Positions 39,340 through 49,475 of a stretch of DNA of 64,000 nucleotides are shown here, one piece after another. The DNA lies in contig DATJUI010000011.1 of NCBI GenBank assembly GCA_035502455.1, forward strand, positions 15,951-79,950. The letters are read 5' to 3'. The first letter of the stretch is position 1. Each line of letters begins with the position of its first letter. Source of the DNA: Thermoplasmata archaeon. GTDB taxonomy: Archaea; Thermoplasmatota; Thermoplasmata; Lutacidiplasmatales; UBA184. A program made the translations under genes and the position numbers. Under the pieces are notes generated by a model, which saw only the letters and a program-made list of their open reading frames with translations, searched no databases and was not told the origin of the DNA.

Positions 39340-39431
39340 AGTCGACCCCCTCCGCCCCTCCGCCAAAGGAGCTCCCCACCCTCGAGGTCCCGGCCGATCC
39401 GGTCGCGCCCGGCACCGATGGCGCACCGGCC

Positions 39432-42119
39432 GTGCCCGCGTTCCGGTTGCTGGTCCATCTCCATGAGATCGCCCCCCGTGCGATCACGCAGAACGAGGCG
39501 GCCCGCACGCTGGACTGCTCGCAGCCGACCGTCTCGCGCGCGGTCGCCCAGCTGCGCCGCGCCGGACTCGCCCGTTCCCGCTCGACGTGGACCGGGAACC
39601 GCTCGGCCCGGGAGCTGTCGTGGGGCCTCACGCCCTCCGGAGAGCGCGCGGCCCGCCGGGCGTGGGCCCAGGCGCGGGAGCTGCCGACCGGCGATCCGCA
39701 GCTGCGCCTCGGCGATCTGCTCGACCTCGACGACGCCCTCTCCCTCACCGACCTGCTCGCGCGGCCCCCGGCCGACTGGCTCGCCGGGGACGAGGCGCTG
39801 CGGCGCCGCCAGGACCCCTACCGCCCGGGCGCGCCGACGGGGGCCGAGCCCTCGACGACCTTCGTCGGCCGGTGGGACGAACGCCGGGAGATCGTACGGG
39901 TCCTCGTCCGGGCGCGCGCGAGCCCCGCCGTCGGGCAGGTGCGGTTGATCCTCGGTCCGGCCGGGCAGGGCAAGAGCCGCCTCCTGCAGTTCGCCGCGAC
40001 GATCGGTGCTCGCCGGGGGTTCCACGTCGTCCGCGGGGCGGTCCTCCGGGACTCGGGCATCCCGATGTCCCCGTTCGGCGAGATGATCCCCCGACTGGAC
40101 CCGACGGAGGCCCCGGGCGCGACCCCCGAGTCGCTCGCGCTCCCGCAACGGATGCTGCGCGATCTCGAGCGGATCGAGCGCGCGGCGCGGTCGGCCCCGC
40201 TCCTCCTGATCGTGGACGACCTCGAGGCCGCCGATCCGGTCGCGCTCGGCTTCTTCCGGTTCCTCGGTCACAATCTCCCCAGCCTCGCCGCGCCGGTCGT
40301 GCTCCTGGCCGCCGCCCGCAACGACGAGCCGTCCGCCGGGGCGGCCGGGGCCGCGTACGCGGACCTCCTGCGGGCGGTCGCCCGCCCCGGGACGTCCCCC
40401 GTGCCGGTACGCGTGCTCCCTGCGCTCTCCGAGCGCGAGGCGCGCGAGGTCGCGGGCCTCGTCGGCCACGGGGCAGGGCCGTCCCTGCCCGGCCGCACCG
40501 TCGCGCGCATCGTCAGCCGCGCCCGGGGCAACCCGCTCTACCTCATCGAGGGGATGCGCGAAGCGCTGGATGCCGCTCGGCGAGCGGCCCTCGCGGGCTC
40601 CACGTCGGTCGAAACCCCGCTCCCCCCGAGCCTGCGGCGGTTGCTCGAGCTGCGGCTCGCGCAGCTACCGGCCGCGGACCGGGCGCTGCTCGAAGGGTGC
40701 GCGCTCCTCGAGGAGGAGTTCCCGGTCGAACCGCTCGAGGCCCTGCGACCGGCGCTGGGGTTCGACTCGCTCGCGACGATCGAACGGCGGCTCGGCGAGC
40801 TGGCGGACGCGTGGGCACTGCTCGAGCGGCGCGGGCCGCATCGGTTCGGGTTCGCCCATCCCCTCTTCCCCGAGGCGCTGCGCGACCGCGCGCACGATCG
40901 GCCGGCGCGCGCGAAAGCCCTCGCGGACTGGTGGCGCGACCACCGCCCCGGCGACATCGCTCGGATCGCCGGACTGTACCGGCTCGCCGGCGATCCGGCC
41001 GCGGTCCCGTGGCTACGGCGGGCGCTCGAAGGGGCGCTTCGCGAGCGCACGTACGAGGCGACGGAGGAGATCTGCCGATCGTTGCGGGAGATGGTCGACC
41101 TGGGGAACGGCGACCGAGCGAACGAGCTCGCGCTCGAGCTCGCGCTGTTGGAACGGCTCTGGCTGGCCGGCGCGCAGTCGGTCCTCGAACGGGTGGCCCG
41201 GGGGCTCCTCGACTGGGGCGCCGAGCCCCGCGAGCGCGTCCTCGCGCACTGCTACCTGCTCGTCTCCCTCGTCTATCGCGCGCCCCAGGAAGCGAGGGTA
41301 CGGCTCGACGCGCTCCCGTCCCTCCTTCGCGCGGTGCCCCGCTCGCACCTTCGGGAGGTCCGGGGGGCGGCCACGGCCGCGGCCGCCTACTGCCGCCTCG
41401 CGGTCCGCGAATGGGAGGCGGCCGCGACGTCCGCCGACGCCGCCCTTAGGGACCTCGCGGACCGACCGGGCACCCTCTGGGCGCTCAGTGCCGCCCTCAG
41501 CCGCTCGTTCGCGCTCGCCCACCTCGGCCGGTATCGAGCCGCCGTCGCCACGCTCCAAGAGACCGCGCGCCGGGTCGGCCGGGAGCGCGGCTCGCTCTTC
41601 GCCGCGCTCCTGTGGCAGCAGCGGGGGACCGTCGAGTCGCTGCTCGGCCGACCCGCGCAGGGCCGCCGCTACCGCGAACGGGCCGCCCGGGTCGCGCGCG
41701 AGGTGGCGAACCCGAACGTCCTCGCGGAGGCGCTCTCCGACCTCGTCCTCTCCCAGCTCGAGACCCGCCAGATCGACGCCGCCGAGGAGACCGTCCGAGA
41801 GCTCCAGCAGCTGGTCGAGCGGTTCGAGCTGCCGTACATGGCCCCGTGGCTCGCCTACCGGGAGGGGCAGATCCGCTGGCGGCAGGGACGGTGGCCCGAG
41901 GCGGTCGCGGCGCTGCGGCGGGCCGAGGACGGCTTCCGTCGGGCGACCGATCGGGTCAACGCCCTCCTGCCCGCCGCCTACCTGCTGTCGACCGAGCGCC
42001 GACCGCGCAAGCTCGCCCAGTTCCGCTCGATGTGGCGGGATGCCGAGCGGCTCCTCAATGCGGAGGAGGTCGCGGCGATCGACCCGCTGCGCGAGGGCGT
42101 GCCGCTCTTCACGGAGTGA
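39432..42119 (+). CDS. Winged-helix + STAND-class (AAA_16) ATPase + TPR-like regulator (start uncertain)
   Basis: ITQNEAARTLDCSQPTVSRAV HTH; FVGR..E; GPAGQGKS; LLIVDDLEAAD; GNPLY; F.HPL; helical repeat C-terminus. Confidence 0.85.
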   Translation: MPAFRLLVHLHEIAPRAITQNEAARTLDCSQPTVSRAVAQLRRAGLARSRSTWTGNRSARELSWGLTPSGERAARRAWAQARELPTGDPQLRLGDLLDLDDALSLTDLLARPPADWLAGDEALRRRQDPYRPGAPTGAEPSTTFVGRWDERREIVRVLVRARASPAVGQVRLILGPAGQGKSRLLQFAATIGARRGFHVVRGAVLRDSGIPMSPFGEMIPRLDPTEAPGATPESLALPQRMLRDLERIERAARSAPLLLIVDDLEAADPVALGFFRFLGHNLPSLAAPVVLLAAARNDEPSAGAAGAAYADLLRAVARPGTSPVPVRVLPALSEREAREVAGLVGHGAGPSLPGRTVARIVSRARGNPLYLIEGMREALDAARRAALAGSTSVETPLPPSLRRLLELRLAQLPAADRALLEGCALLEEEFPVEPLEALRPALGFDSLATIERRLGELADAWALLERRGPHRFGFAHPLFPEALRDRAHDRPARAKALADWWRDHRPGDIARIAGLYRLAGDPAAVPWLRRALEGALRERTYEATEEICRSLREMVDLGNGDRANELALELALLERLWLAGAQSVLERVARGLLDWGAEPRERVLAHCYLLVSLVYRAPQEARVRLDALPSLLRAVPRSHLREVRGAATAAAAYCRLAVREWEAAATSADAALRDLADRPGTLWALSAALSRSFALAHLGRYRAAVATLQETARRVGRERGSLFAALLWQQRGTVESLLGRPAQGRRYRERAARVAREVANPNVLAEALSDLVLSQLETRQIDAAEETVRELQQLVERFELPYMAPWLAYREGQIRWRQGRWPEAVAALRRAEDGFRRATDRVNALLPAAYLLSTERRPRKLAQFRSMWRDAERLLNAEEVAAIDPLREGVPLFTE

Positions 42120-42169
42120 TCGGCCGGCCCGGGCGGGGCCCGGGCCGGGGGAAGGGGTTCGGGGTCGGT

Positions 42170-42670
42170 CTAGGCAACGGGGACCGTGCGCTCCGTCTCG
42201 GGATGCGCCTTCGGGACCGAGATGGTGAGCGTCCCGTTCTCGAAGCGGGCCTCCACCTTCTCGCCGACGACCGGCTCGGGGAGCCGGACGGCGCGGTGGA
42301 ACCCACGGTAGATCCGCTCGCGGCGGAGGAAGTTCTTCGACGGCTCTTCCGACGCGCTCTGGGCCTCGCCCTCGAACTCGACGACGTCCCCGTGGACGCG
42401 GACCGCGATCTGGTCCTTCGCCACGCCGGGGAGGTCGGCGCGGATCTGGTAGGCGGCGCCGGTGTCCTCCACGTCCGACAGGGCCGGTCGGAACGCGGGC
42501 TCGCTCCCGGTCGACCGCAGGACGAACCGGGGAGCGATGCCCGGCCCGAAGGTCGAGAACCAGTCGTCCCGGAACTCGGAGAGGAGTCGGTCCATCTCCG
42601 CGAACGGGTCGGTCGGCGCGGCGGTCTTCGGCGCAGGGCTCGGGGTCGGTACGGCTAGTGGGTCGTTCAT
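42170..42670 (-). CDS. hsp20: Small heat shock protein Hsp20
   Basis: ADLPGVAKDQI, RRER.Y..F.R...LP, A.FENGTLTI.VPK; SD GAGGTG before ATG 42670. Confidence 0.93.
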   Translation of the reverse strand: MNDPLAVPTPSPAPKTAAPTDPFAEMDRLLSEFRDDWFSTFGPGIAPRFVLRSTGSEPAFRPALSDVEDTGAAYQIRADLPGVAKDQIAVRVHGDVVEFEGEAQSASEEPSKNFLRRERIYRGFHRAVRLPEPVVGEKVEARFENGTLTISVPKAHPETERTVPVA

Positions 42671-42709
42671 CGAAACCACCTCTGGGTGTACGAGAACAGT
42701 ATCCTATGG

Positions 42710-42721
42710 CTTCTATAAAAA
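42710..42721 (-). promoter_or_regulatory. Hsp20 TATA element, shared with thermosome promoter
   Basis: Minus-strand TTTTTATAGAAG versus TTTATATAGAAG at 18262-18273. Confidence 0.65.
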
Positions 42722-42746
42722 GACAGCTAATGGCGCTCCCCGACCT

Positions 42747-43673
42747 TTGAGGGGATGCGGTCCGGCCCCGGTACGTCCGGCCGCGCGGGGAATCGGTACC
42801 GGGGGCGGAAAAGGGCGGGGGCGTCCCACCCGCCGATCGATCACGTCCCCGGTCGTCGCCGGCGCCGCAGTTCCGCCGCCCGCCCTCGATGCGAGCGGCC
42901 TTACCCGACGGTTCGGGCGCCTCACGGCCGTCGACCACGTCAGCTTCCGGGTCGCCGTCGCCGAGGTGTTTGGCGTCCTCGGCCCGAACGGCGCGGGCAA
43001 GACCACGCTGATCAAGATGCTCACGACCCTCCTCCCTCCGAGCGAGGGCTCGGCGACCGTCGCCGGCTTCGACGTCGTCCGCGAGCCCGCCCGCGTGCGC
43101 GCCGCGATCGGCTACGTGCCCCAGTTCATCTCCGCCGACCCCCAGATGACCGGGTTCGACAACCTCTGGGTGTTCGCCCGGCTGTACCAGGTTCCCCGGG
43201 CCGAGCGCCGGGCGCGGATCGCCCGAGCGCTCGCGTTCATGGGGTTGAGCGACTATGCGCACGAGCGGGTCAAGAACTACTCGGGCGGGATGATCCGCCG
43301 GCTGGAGATCGCCCAGGCGCTCATCCACCGTCCCCGGATGCTGTTCCTCGACGAGCCGACGGTCGGGCTCGACCCGGTCGCGCGCGAGTCGGTCTGGGCC
43401 CAGATCGAACGGCTGCGCGAGGAGTTCGGGACGGCGATCGTGCTCACGACGCACTACATGGAGGAGGCGGACCGTCTCTGCGATCGGATCGCGGTCCTCC
43501 ACCGGGGCCGCATCGTCGCGTCGGGGACTCCGGCCGAGCTGAAGGCCGGCGTCGGCCGGCCGGGCGCGACGCTCGAGGACGTCTTCATCCACTACGCCGG
43601 TTCGTCGATCGACACCGGCGGCAACTACCTCGACACGCAGCGGACGCGCCGGGTCGCGATCCGGCTGGAGTGA
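42747..43673 (+). CDS. DrrA-like ABC transporter ATP-binding protein (start uncertain)
   Basis: GPNGAGKT, YSGGM, FLDEPTVGLDP, TTHYMEEAD, TLEDVF. Confidence 0.92.
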   Translation: MRGCGPAPVRPAARGIGTGGGKGRGRPTRRSITSPVVAGAAVPPPALDASGLTRRFGRLTAVDHVSFRVAVAEVFGVLGPNGAGKTTLIKMLTTLLPPSEGSATVAGFDVVREPARVRAAIGYVPQFISADPQMTGFDNLWVFARLYQVPRAERRARIARALAFMGLSDYAHERVKNYSGGMIRRLEIAQALIHRPRMLFLDEPTVGLDPVARESVWAQIERLREEFGTAIVLTTHYMEEADRLCDRIAVLHRGRIVASGTPAELKAGVGRPGATLEDVFIHYAGSSIDTGGNYLDTQRTRRVAIRLE

Positions 43674-43674
43674 G

Positions 43675-44490
43675 ATGGCGACCCCCGCTCCGACCGGGAC
43701 GCGCGGCGTCGGGGCGACGCTCTACGCCCACGTCGACCGGACCTTCGCCGTCGTCGACTACGAGGTCCGCAAGCTCCGTCACGACCCTTCCGAGCTCCTG
43801 CTGCGGGCGGTGCAGCCGGCGCTCTGGCTCGTCGTCTTCGGCGAGGTGTTCGCGACCGTCCACGCGATCCCGACGGGGAACCTGTCGTACCTCGAGTTCC
43901 TCGCGCCCGGGATCCTCAGCCAGAGCGTGCTGTTCATCGCGATCTTCTACGGGATCGCGTCGATCCGCGAGCGGGAGCTCGGGATCGCGTACAAGTTCCT
44001 CGTGAGCCCGGCGTCGCGCATCTCCCTGGTCGCCGGAAAGGCGCTCTCGGCGAGCGTTCGCGGGCTCTCGCAGGCGGTGATCGTCTACCTGCTCGCGATC
44101 GCCCTCGCCGTCCATCCGAGCCTCGCCCCGCTCTCGGTCCTGGGGGTGCTGGTCGCGGTCGTCCTGGGATCGTGCCTGTTCGCGACGCTCTCGATGATCA
44201 TCGCGAGCCTGGTGAAGACCCAGGAACGGTTCCTCGGCATCGGCCAGCTGCTCACGATGCCGCTGTTCTTCGCGAGCAACGCGATCTACCCGATCTCGAT
44301 CATGCCGAGCTGGCTCCAGCCCGTCGCGTACGCGAACCCGCTCACCTACCTCGTCGACGCGGTCCGCACGCTGATGATCCCCGGAGAGACCGGGCTGTTC
44401 CCGCTCGGGATCGACTTCGGGGTGCTGGCCGCGGTGACGGTCGCGCTCGTCCTGATCGAGTCGCGGTTGTACCCGCGGATGGCCCAGTAG
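43675..44490 (+). CDS. DrrB-like ABC-2 permease
   Basis: QPALWLVVFG, YLEFLAPG, PLFFASNAIYP..MPSWL..NPLTY.VDA.R. Confidence 0.92.
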   Translation: MATPAPTGTRGVGATLYAHVDRTFAVVDYEVRKLRHDPSELLLRAVQPALWLVVFGEVFATVHAIPTGNLSYLEFLAPGILSQSVLFIAIFYGIASIRERELGIAYKFLVSPASRISLVAGKALSASVRGLSQAVIVYLLAIALAVHPSLAPLSVLGVLVAVVLGSCLFATLSMIIASLVKTQERFLGIGQLLTMPLFFASNAIYPISIMPSWLQPVAYANPLTYLVDAVRTLMIPGETGLFPLGIDFGVLAAVTVALVLIESRLYPRMAQ

Positions 44491-44495
44491 GACCC

Positions 44496-45506
44496 CTACC
44501 GCGCCCGACCGCGCGGCCCCCCCCGCTCGACCCGCGTGCCGGCGCGGCCCTCGAGGGCCGCCGCCAGGGACGGGATGTCCGTGATGACGAACCGCGCCCC
44601 CCCACCGCGGAGGAACCCGAGGCCCGCTTCGACCTTCGGCCCCATGCTCCCCTCCGCGAACTCTCCGGCCCGGGCGAACCGCGCCAGCTCCGTCGCGGTC
44701 ACCCGGCCCAGCCACCGGGCCCGAGGGGTACCGAAGCCGACCGCGGCACCGGGCACGTCCGTCACGATCGCGAGCGTGTCGGCGCCGAGCGTCCGGGCCG
44801 CGAGCGCGGCCCCAAGGTCCTTGTCGATGACCGCCTCGACCCCCTCGAAGCGGTCGCGCCGGCGGACCACCGGGATCCCGCCCCCGCCGGTGACGACGAA
44901 GACGCAGCGTTGTCCGAGTCCGAGCCCGAGCATCGCCGCGACCGCGTCGCCCTCCAGCCATCGCCTCGGACGCGGCGACGGCACGACCCGACGCCACCCG
45001 CCGCGGGCCCGGTCCTCGCGCAGGGTCCAGCCGTTGGATCGGGTCAGTCGCCGTGCGTCGGCGGCCGTGTAGAACCGTCCGACCGGTTTCGTGGGGCGGC
45101 GGAACGCCGGGTCGTTCGCCGCGACCTCGGTGCGGCTCACGATCGGGACCACCGTTCGCGGCGGGCGCGCCCGCGCAAGGACCGCCCCGAGCTCCTGCGC
45201 GATCAGATAGCCGATCTGGCCCTCGGTCTCCGCCCCGATCACGTCCATCGGCGGGGCCGGGATCTCCGCGGCCCCCAGCTCGGCCTCCCGCAGGAGGCTC
45301 CCGACCTGGGGGCCGTTGCCGTGGGTCACGACGAGGTCGACCCCGGGCCGGACGACCGAGGCGAGCGCGCCGGCCGTCGCCCGCATCTGGCGCACCGCCT
45401 CGCGCCAAGTGCCGTGGTCGTGCGCCCGCTGGATCGCGTTCCCCCCCAGCGCGACGACGATGCGATGCGGGCGCGCCGGGAGGGGCGCCCGCGCCCGGGC
45501 GGTCAC
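44496..45506 (-). CDS. arcC: Carbamate kinase
   Basis: VVALGGNAI, THGNGPQVG, PTKPVG.FY, WRRVVPSP, EAVIDKD, GSMGPKV; GTG overlaps arcA stop. Confidence 0.95.
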   Translation of the reverse strand: MTARARAPLPARPHRIVVALGGNAIQRAHDHGTWREAVRQMRATAGALASVVRPGVDLVVTHGNGPQVGSLLREAELGAAEIPAPPMDVIGAETEGQIGYLIAQELGAVLARARPPRTVVPIVSRTEVAANDPAFRRPTKPVGRFYTAADARRLTRSNGWTLREDRARGGWRRVVPSPRPRRWLEGDAVAAMLGLGLGQRCVFVVTGGGGIPVVRRRDRFEGVEAVIDKDLGAALAARTLGADTLAIVTDVPGAAVGFGTPRARWLGRVTATELARFARAGEFAEGSMGPKVEAGLGFLRGGGARFVITDIPSLAAALEGRAGTRVERGGPRGRAR

Positions 45507-46894
45507 GGCGAGGTCCGGCGGGTCACGCAGGTCATGCAGTGGGCGCCGCCGTATCCGCCGGTGATCTCCTGCAGCGCGAGCGGGACCACCTCGATGCTGC
45601 GGTCCCGGATGTCGGCGATGTGCGGGAAGAAGCCGCGCCCTTGGCGCAGCTCCTGCCGTTCCTTGCGCACGAGCGTCAGGAGCGCCCCGTACCGGTGCGG
45701 GTTGCGCCGCGCCGCGGTCGCGAGGCCGTTCAGCACCCGGTCGACCTCGGCCTCGACCTCCACGGCGAGGATCTTGCGGTCCCTGAGGCAGAGGAAGTTC
45801 GACGCGTAGCTCATCTGCTCGAGCGTCGAGATCGGGACCACCTCGATCTTGCGCTCGGCGAAGAACTCCCGCAGCGGCCGGCCCGCGGAGGCGCGGACGA
45901 TGCGGCCGCCCGCGCGGCGGCGGTAGACGTCGACCCGCGCACGGTCGAGCAGCGGGGCGCACCCGACCACCAGGCCCTCGCCGGGGACGTTGAGGTACGT
46001 GTCGAGGTGCATGTCGATCATCGGGTCGGGATCGTTGCCCGGGATCGCCGGGTGCGTCGGTTGGTGGACGACGGCCACGGTGTCGACGCCGAGGTCCATC
46101 CGGAGGATCTGCCGGACCCCGCTCGCGTTCGTCCGGTCGCCGTGACCCAGCAGGACGAACTCCCCCATCGGCATGAAGTCCCCGCCCTCGAAGGTCCCGG
46201 GCGACCGGACCTCGCCGGCGAACCTCGCTCCCCAGGCGCGCAGCAGCGCCCCGGTGAGCAGCGGCTCGTTGCGGCGCTGCGGCTTCGACATTCGGCCCAT
46301 CACGTAGCCGTTCGCCGACAGCCCCTGCTGGTCCCGCATGAAGTACAGGTTCGCGAGCGGCGTGTCGAGCTCCACCTTCGGCAGGATCACGCGGACGCCG
46401 GGACGGCGCGCGAGCCGGATCGACGGGCGGAGGAGGAGGATGTTGAACAGCGTCTCGCCGTCGAACGTGTCGAGGTTGCGCCGCAACGCCGCCCGGGCCG
46501 CGTCGACCATCGCCGCGGGCCCGGTGTAGCGGACGATCCGGTGGATCTCGTGCCGCACCCGCTCGACCAGCTCGGGGTGACGGCTCCCGAGCTCGATCGC
46601 GAGGTGGATCAACCGCCGGACCGTGACGCCGGACTCGCGCAGCGCGTGCTCGAGCGTCTCGTGCTCGTAGGTGGCCTCGTCGATCCGGAACGCCCGTTCG
46701 TAGAGGAACGAGTACGGCTCGAGGAGGCCGAAGAACATCTCGACCCCGGGTCGGTGGATGATCACCTCGTCGAGGCGATGCCACTCCGCCCGGGCCCGGG
46801 TCGGCCCCGAGAGCGTCGGCTCCTTCGACGCGGGCGGTCCCCGGTCGGTCCGGGAGTTGGAGACCGGGCGCGGCGGGGGTCGAGCGGACGACAT
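45503..46894 (-). CDS. arcA: Arginine deiminase
   Basis: NLYFMRD, EGGD, MHLDT, GGYGGAHCMT catalytic motifs. Confidence 0.92.
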   Translation of the reverse strand: MSSARPPPRPVSNSRTDRGPPASKEPTLSGPTRARAEWHRLDEVIIHRPGVEMFFGLLEPYSFLYERAFRIDEATYEHETLEHALRESGVTVRRLIHLAIELGSRHPELVERVRHEIHRIVRYTGPAAMVDAARAALRRNLDTFDGETLFNILLLRPSIRLARRPGVRVILPKVELDTPLANLYFMRDQQGLSANGYVMGRMSKPQRRNEPLLTGALLRAWGARFAGEVRSPGTFEGGDFMPMGEFVLLGHGDRTNASGVRQILRMDLGVDTVAVVHQPTHPAIPGNDPDPMIDMHLDTYLNVPGEGLVVGCAPLLDRARVDVYRRRAGGRIVRASAGRPLREFFAERKIEVVPISTLEQMSYASNFLCLRDRKILAVEVEAEVDRVLNGLATAARRNPHRYGALLTLVRKERQELRQGRGFFPHIADIRDRSIEVVPLALQEITGGYGGAHCMTCVTRRTSP

Positions 46895-46910
46895 CTGCGT
46901 GCCCTCCGGC

Positions 46911-48767
46911 TCACGCGGGGTGGGCCGGGACCTCCGGTCCCGACGGGGCCTCGGCGGTGGGGGTCGGCTTCGCGTGCACGCGGAGGGCCGAGAAGTACCC
47001 CCACAGGAACATGGCGAGCCCAAAGACGACCAGGACGATCAGGTCCCACGGGATGTTGAGGAGTCCCATCGGTTCGATCGTGACGGGATAGCCGCTGGAC
47101 GGCTGGAGGAAGTTCTCGTAGATGAAGAACTGGTCGCCGACGTACGAGATCACCCCGAGTCCCGCGAGGTACGCGACGATCCAGAAGACCCCCTTCGACT
47201 CCGCGTACGTCACCCGACGGAGCAGCAGCGTCACGAAGTACGCCGGGATGCCGATGAACAGGAGCGCCGTGCCGAGGACCGGGAGCGCCGGCAGCCCGTT
47301 GAGGTAGATGCCGCCGCCGTTGATCGTCGCGCTCGACCACGGAGCGTAGACCATCACGAGCCCGAGGATCCCGAGGACCCCGGTGACGAGCCCCATTTCG
47401 ACGAGGCGGGCCACGTGCCGGAACGTGCCCGACGTGAACAGGAAGTACAGCGGCACGCCGACCAGCGTGAGGAAGACCCCCACCAGGGTCCAGGGCCACG
47501 ACGCCCAGTAGATCAGGATCGTCGCGGCCACGAACGCGACCGGGGTGAGGACCCAGGCAAGCGGCAGCCGGAACGGTCGCTCCGCACCGGGTTCGCTGCG
47601 CCGCAGCACGAGCAGGGCGAGCGACGCGGCCCCGTACGGGACGAGCGTGGTGATCGACGCGAGCAGCGCGACCGCCGGGAAGTTCGGCAGCGCGATCAGG
47701 ATCGCCCCGGTAAGCGCGCTCGCGAAGACGAGGGCGTAGACCGGCGTGCCGAAGCGCGGGCTCACCTTGGCGAGCGACTTGAAGAACAGGTTGTCCCGGG
47801 CCATCGCGAACGGCATCCGGCCCTGCAGCAGGACCCAGTCGCCGCCGGCCCCGAGCGTCGAGAGCAATGCCCCGGCGACCACCACGGTCGCGAGGATCCC
47901 GAGGCCCCAGGCGTTCGCGAGGTTGTTGAGCAGCAGGGAGCTCGTCGACGCCCAGTCGCCGGGCGTGAGCGAGAGCGCGCCCCACCGGACCCCGCCGATG
48001 AAGGCGACGGCGACGAGCGCGTAGATCGCGGTGACGATGAGCACGCTGAAGACCGTCGCCCGCGGGATCGACCGCTTCGGGTCCTTCACCTCTTCCGCGG
48101 GGATCGACGCGGCTTCGAAGCCGGTGAACGCGAAGAAGCCGAGCGACATCGCGAACGCGACCCCGGTCCATCCGAACGGGGAGAACCCGAAATCGCTGAA
48201 GTTCCCGACCCGGATCAAGAGGAGCCCGATCAGCCCGAACAGGACGAGCGGGATCACCTTCGCAAACGTGGTGACGATCGCGAAGATGCTCCCCCACTTG
48301 ATGCCGGCGATGTTGAGCAGGGTGTACCCGACGAGGAACACGAGGCCGATCAGGACGCCGAGCCAGGTGATCGATAGGACGCCCGAGCTGTTGACCGTGG
48401 TGACCGCGGGCCAGTAGGTGCCGAGGTACTCGACGAAGACGTCGATGATCGCTGCGGTCCCGATGAACGCGTAGAGGAAGTATCCCCAGCCCAACAGGAA
48501 TCCCGCGAAGTCGCCGAGCGCGCGTCGGGGGAGGGAGTAGGGACCGCCGGTGGACGGGAACGCGGCACTGAGCTCGGCGTACGGGAGCGCCAGCAGGATC
48601 ACCACGACCCCGAGCAGCGCGAGGGCGACGACCGCGGCCGGCCCGGCGACCGACCCCATCGTCGCGGCGAGGGCGAAGATGCCGCTGCCGATGATCCCGC
48701 CGACGGTGATCGACATCAGGCCGGTCATCGAGATCTCTCGCTTCAGCTTCGGAGCGTCCGCGGCCAT
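46911..48767 (-). CDS. APC-family amino acid permease (probable arginine/ornithine transporter)
   Basis: IIGSGIF, YAELS..P.TGG.Y, FAFTGFE, EEVKDPKRSIPRA; SD AGGAG before ATG 48767. Confidence 0.9.
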   Translation of the reverse strand: MAADAPKLKREISMTGLMSITVGGIIGSGIFALAATMGSVAGPAAVVALALLGVVVILLALPYAELSAAFPSTGGPYSLPRRALGDFAGFLLGWGYFLYAFIGTAAIIDVFVEYLGTYWPAVTTVNSSGVLSITWLGVLIGLVFLVGYTLLNIAGIKWGSIFAIVTTFAKVIPLVLFGLIGLLLIRVGNFSDFGFSPFGWTGVAFAMSLGFFAFTGFEAASIPAEEVKDPKRSIPRATVFSVLIVTAIYALVAVAFIGGVRWGALSLTPGDWASTSSLLLNNLANAWGLGILATVVVAGALLSTLGAGGDWVLLQGRMPFAMARDNLFFKSLAKVSPRFGTPVYALVFASALTGAILIALPNFPAVALLASITTLVPYGAASLALLVLRRSEPGAERPFRLPLAWVLTPVAFVAATILIYWASWPWTLVGVFLTLVGVPLYFLFTSGTFRHVARLVEMGLVTGVLGILGLVMVYAPWSSATINGGGIYLNGLPALPVLGTALLFIGIPAYFVTLLLRRVTYAESKGVFWIVAYLAGLGVISYVGDQFFIYENFLQPSSGYPVTIEPMGLLNIPWDLIVLVVFGLAMFLWGYFSALRVHAKPTPTAEAPSGPEVPAHPA

Positions 48768-49475
48768 CGAGCAATCTCCTCGCGCCCGGAATCGCGTCAA
48801 GCTATTTAGGACCGGCATGAAATCGACTTCAGCTCGATGCGATCCCCGCGGTCTCGACCCGCCCGTCCGGTCGCGTGAGCGCGACGTCGTGCGCGGGGCG
48901 GCCCTGACGGCGCCCGGGGACCGCGAGGGCGAGGGGGACGGGGCCCGCAGGACACCGGTGGCGCGACGGTCCGCCGGCGGCCCGGCGCCCGGTCCCGCCG
49001 GGCGAGGCCGACGAGGCGCGCGGAATCGTCCGGGGGCTACGGACGGTCCGTTGCCGATGCGCGGCTTCTCCGGGGTCCCCCGGTCGCACGGGGTCGAAGA
49101 GGTCCTCGGGACTAGCACCGGGGCGGGCCGCCTCTCGGCTGTCGTGGGAGTCGCGGGGCCGCAAGGATCGACGGGGATCGCGTACGCCGGGGTCGACGTT
49201 GGATTGGGGATCGGGGCGAGTTCACCCTCCACGTACCGGACGGCCCCCGGAGTTGCGGTGTGGCCGCGCTGCGCCTCCGCGGGCACGCGCGAACCGCCGC
49301 TGCGCTCCGCCTCGTCCGGTGCGAGGCCACGACGAGCCCCGAGAGCCGTCCGAGGTTTGTCGTGCTCACCGGGAGCGGGTTCCCGTACGCCGTCGGGTTC
49401 GTCGGGGCGGAGGGTCCGTGGAACCCGACCGCGCCGTAGCGACCCGCGCCCGCGAGCCCCGGTCCGCGCGGGACG

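Noticed and set aside
31712..44490. Integrated element at tRNA-Lys
   Set aside because: No duplicate of the tRNA 3' end and no integrase found downstream within the window
48820..49470. ORFs or riboswitch in the 650-bp gap upstream of the arc operon
   Set aside because: Short ORFs lack motifs and no clear conserved RNA structure was seen; may be a decayed gene
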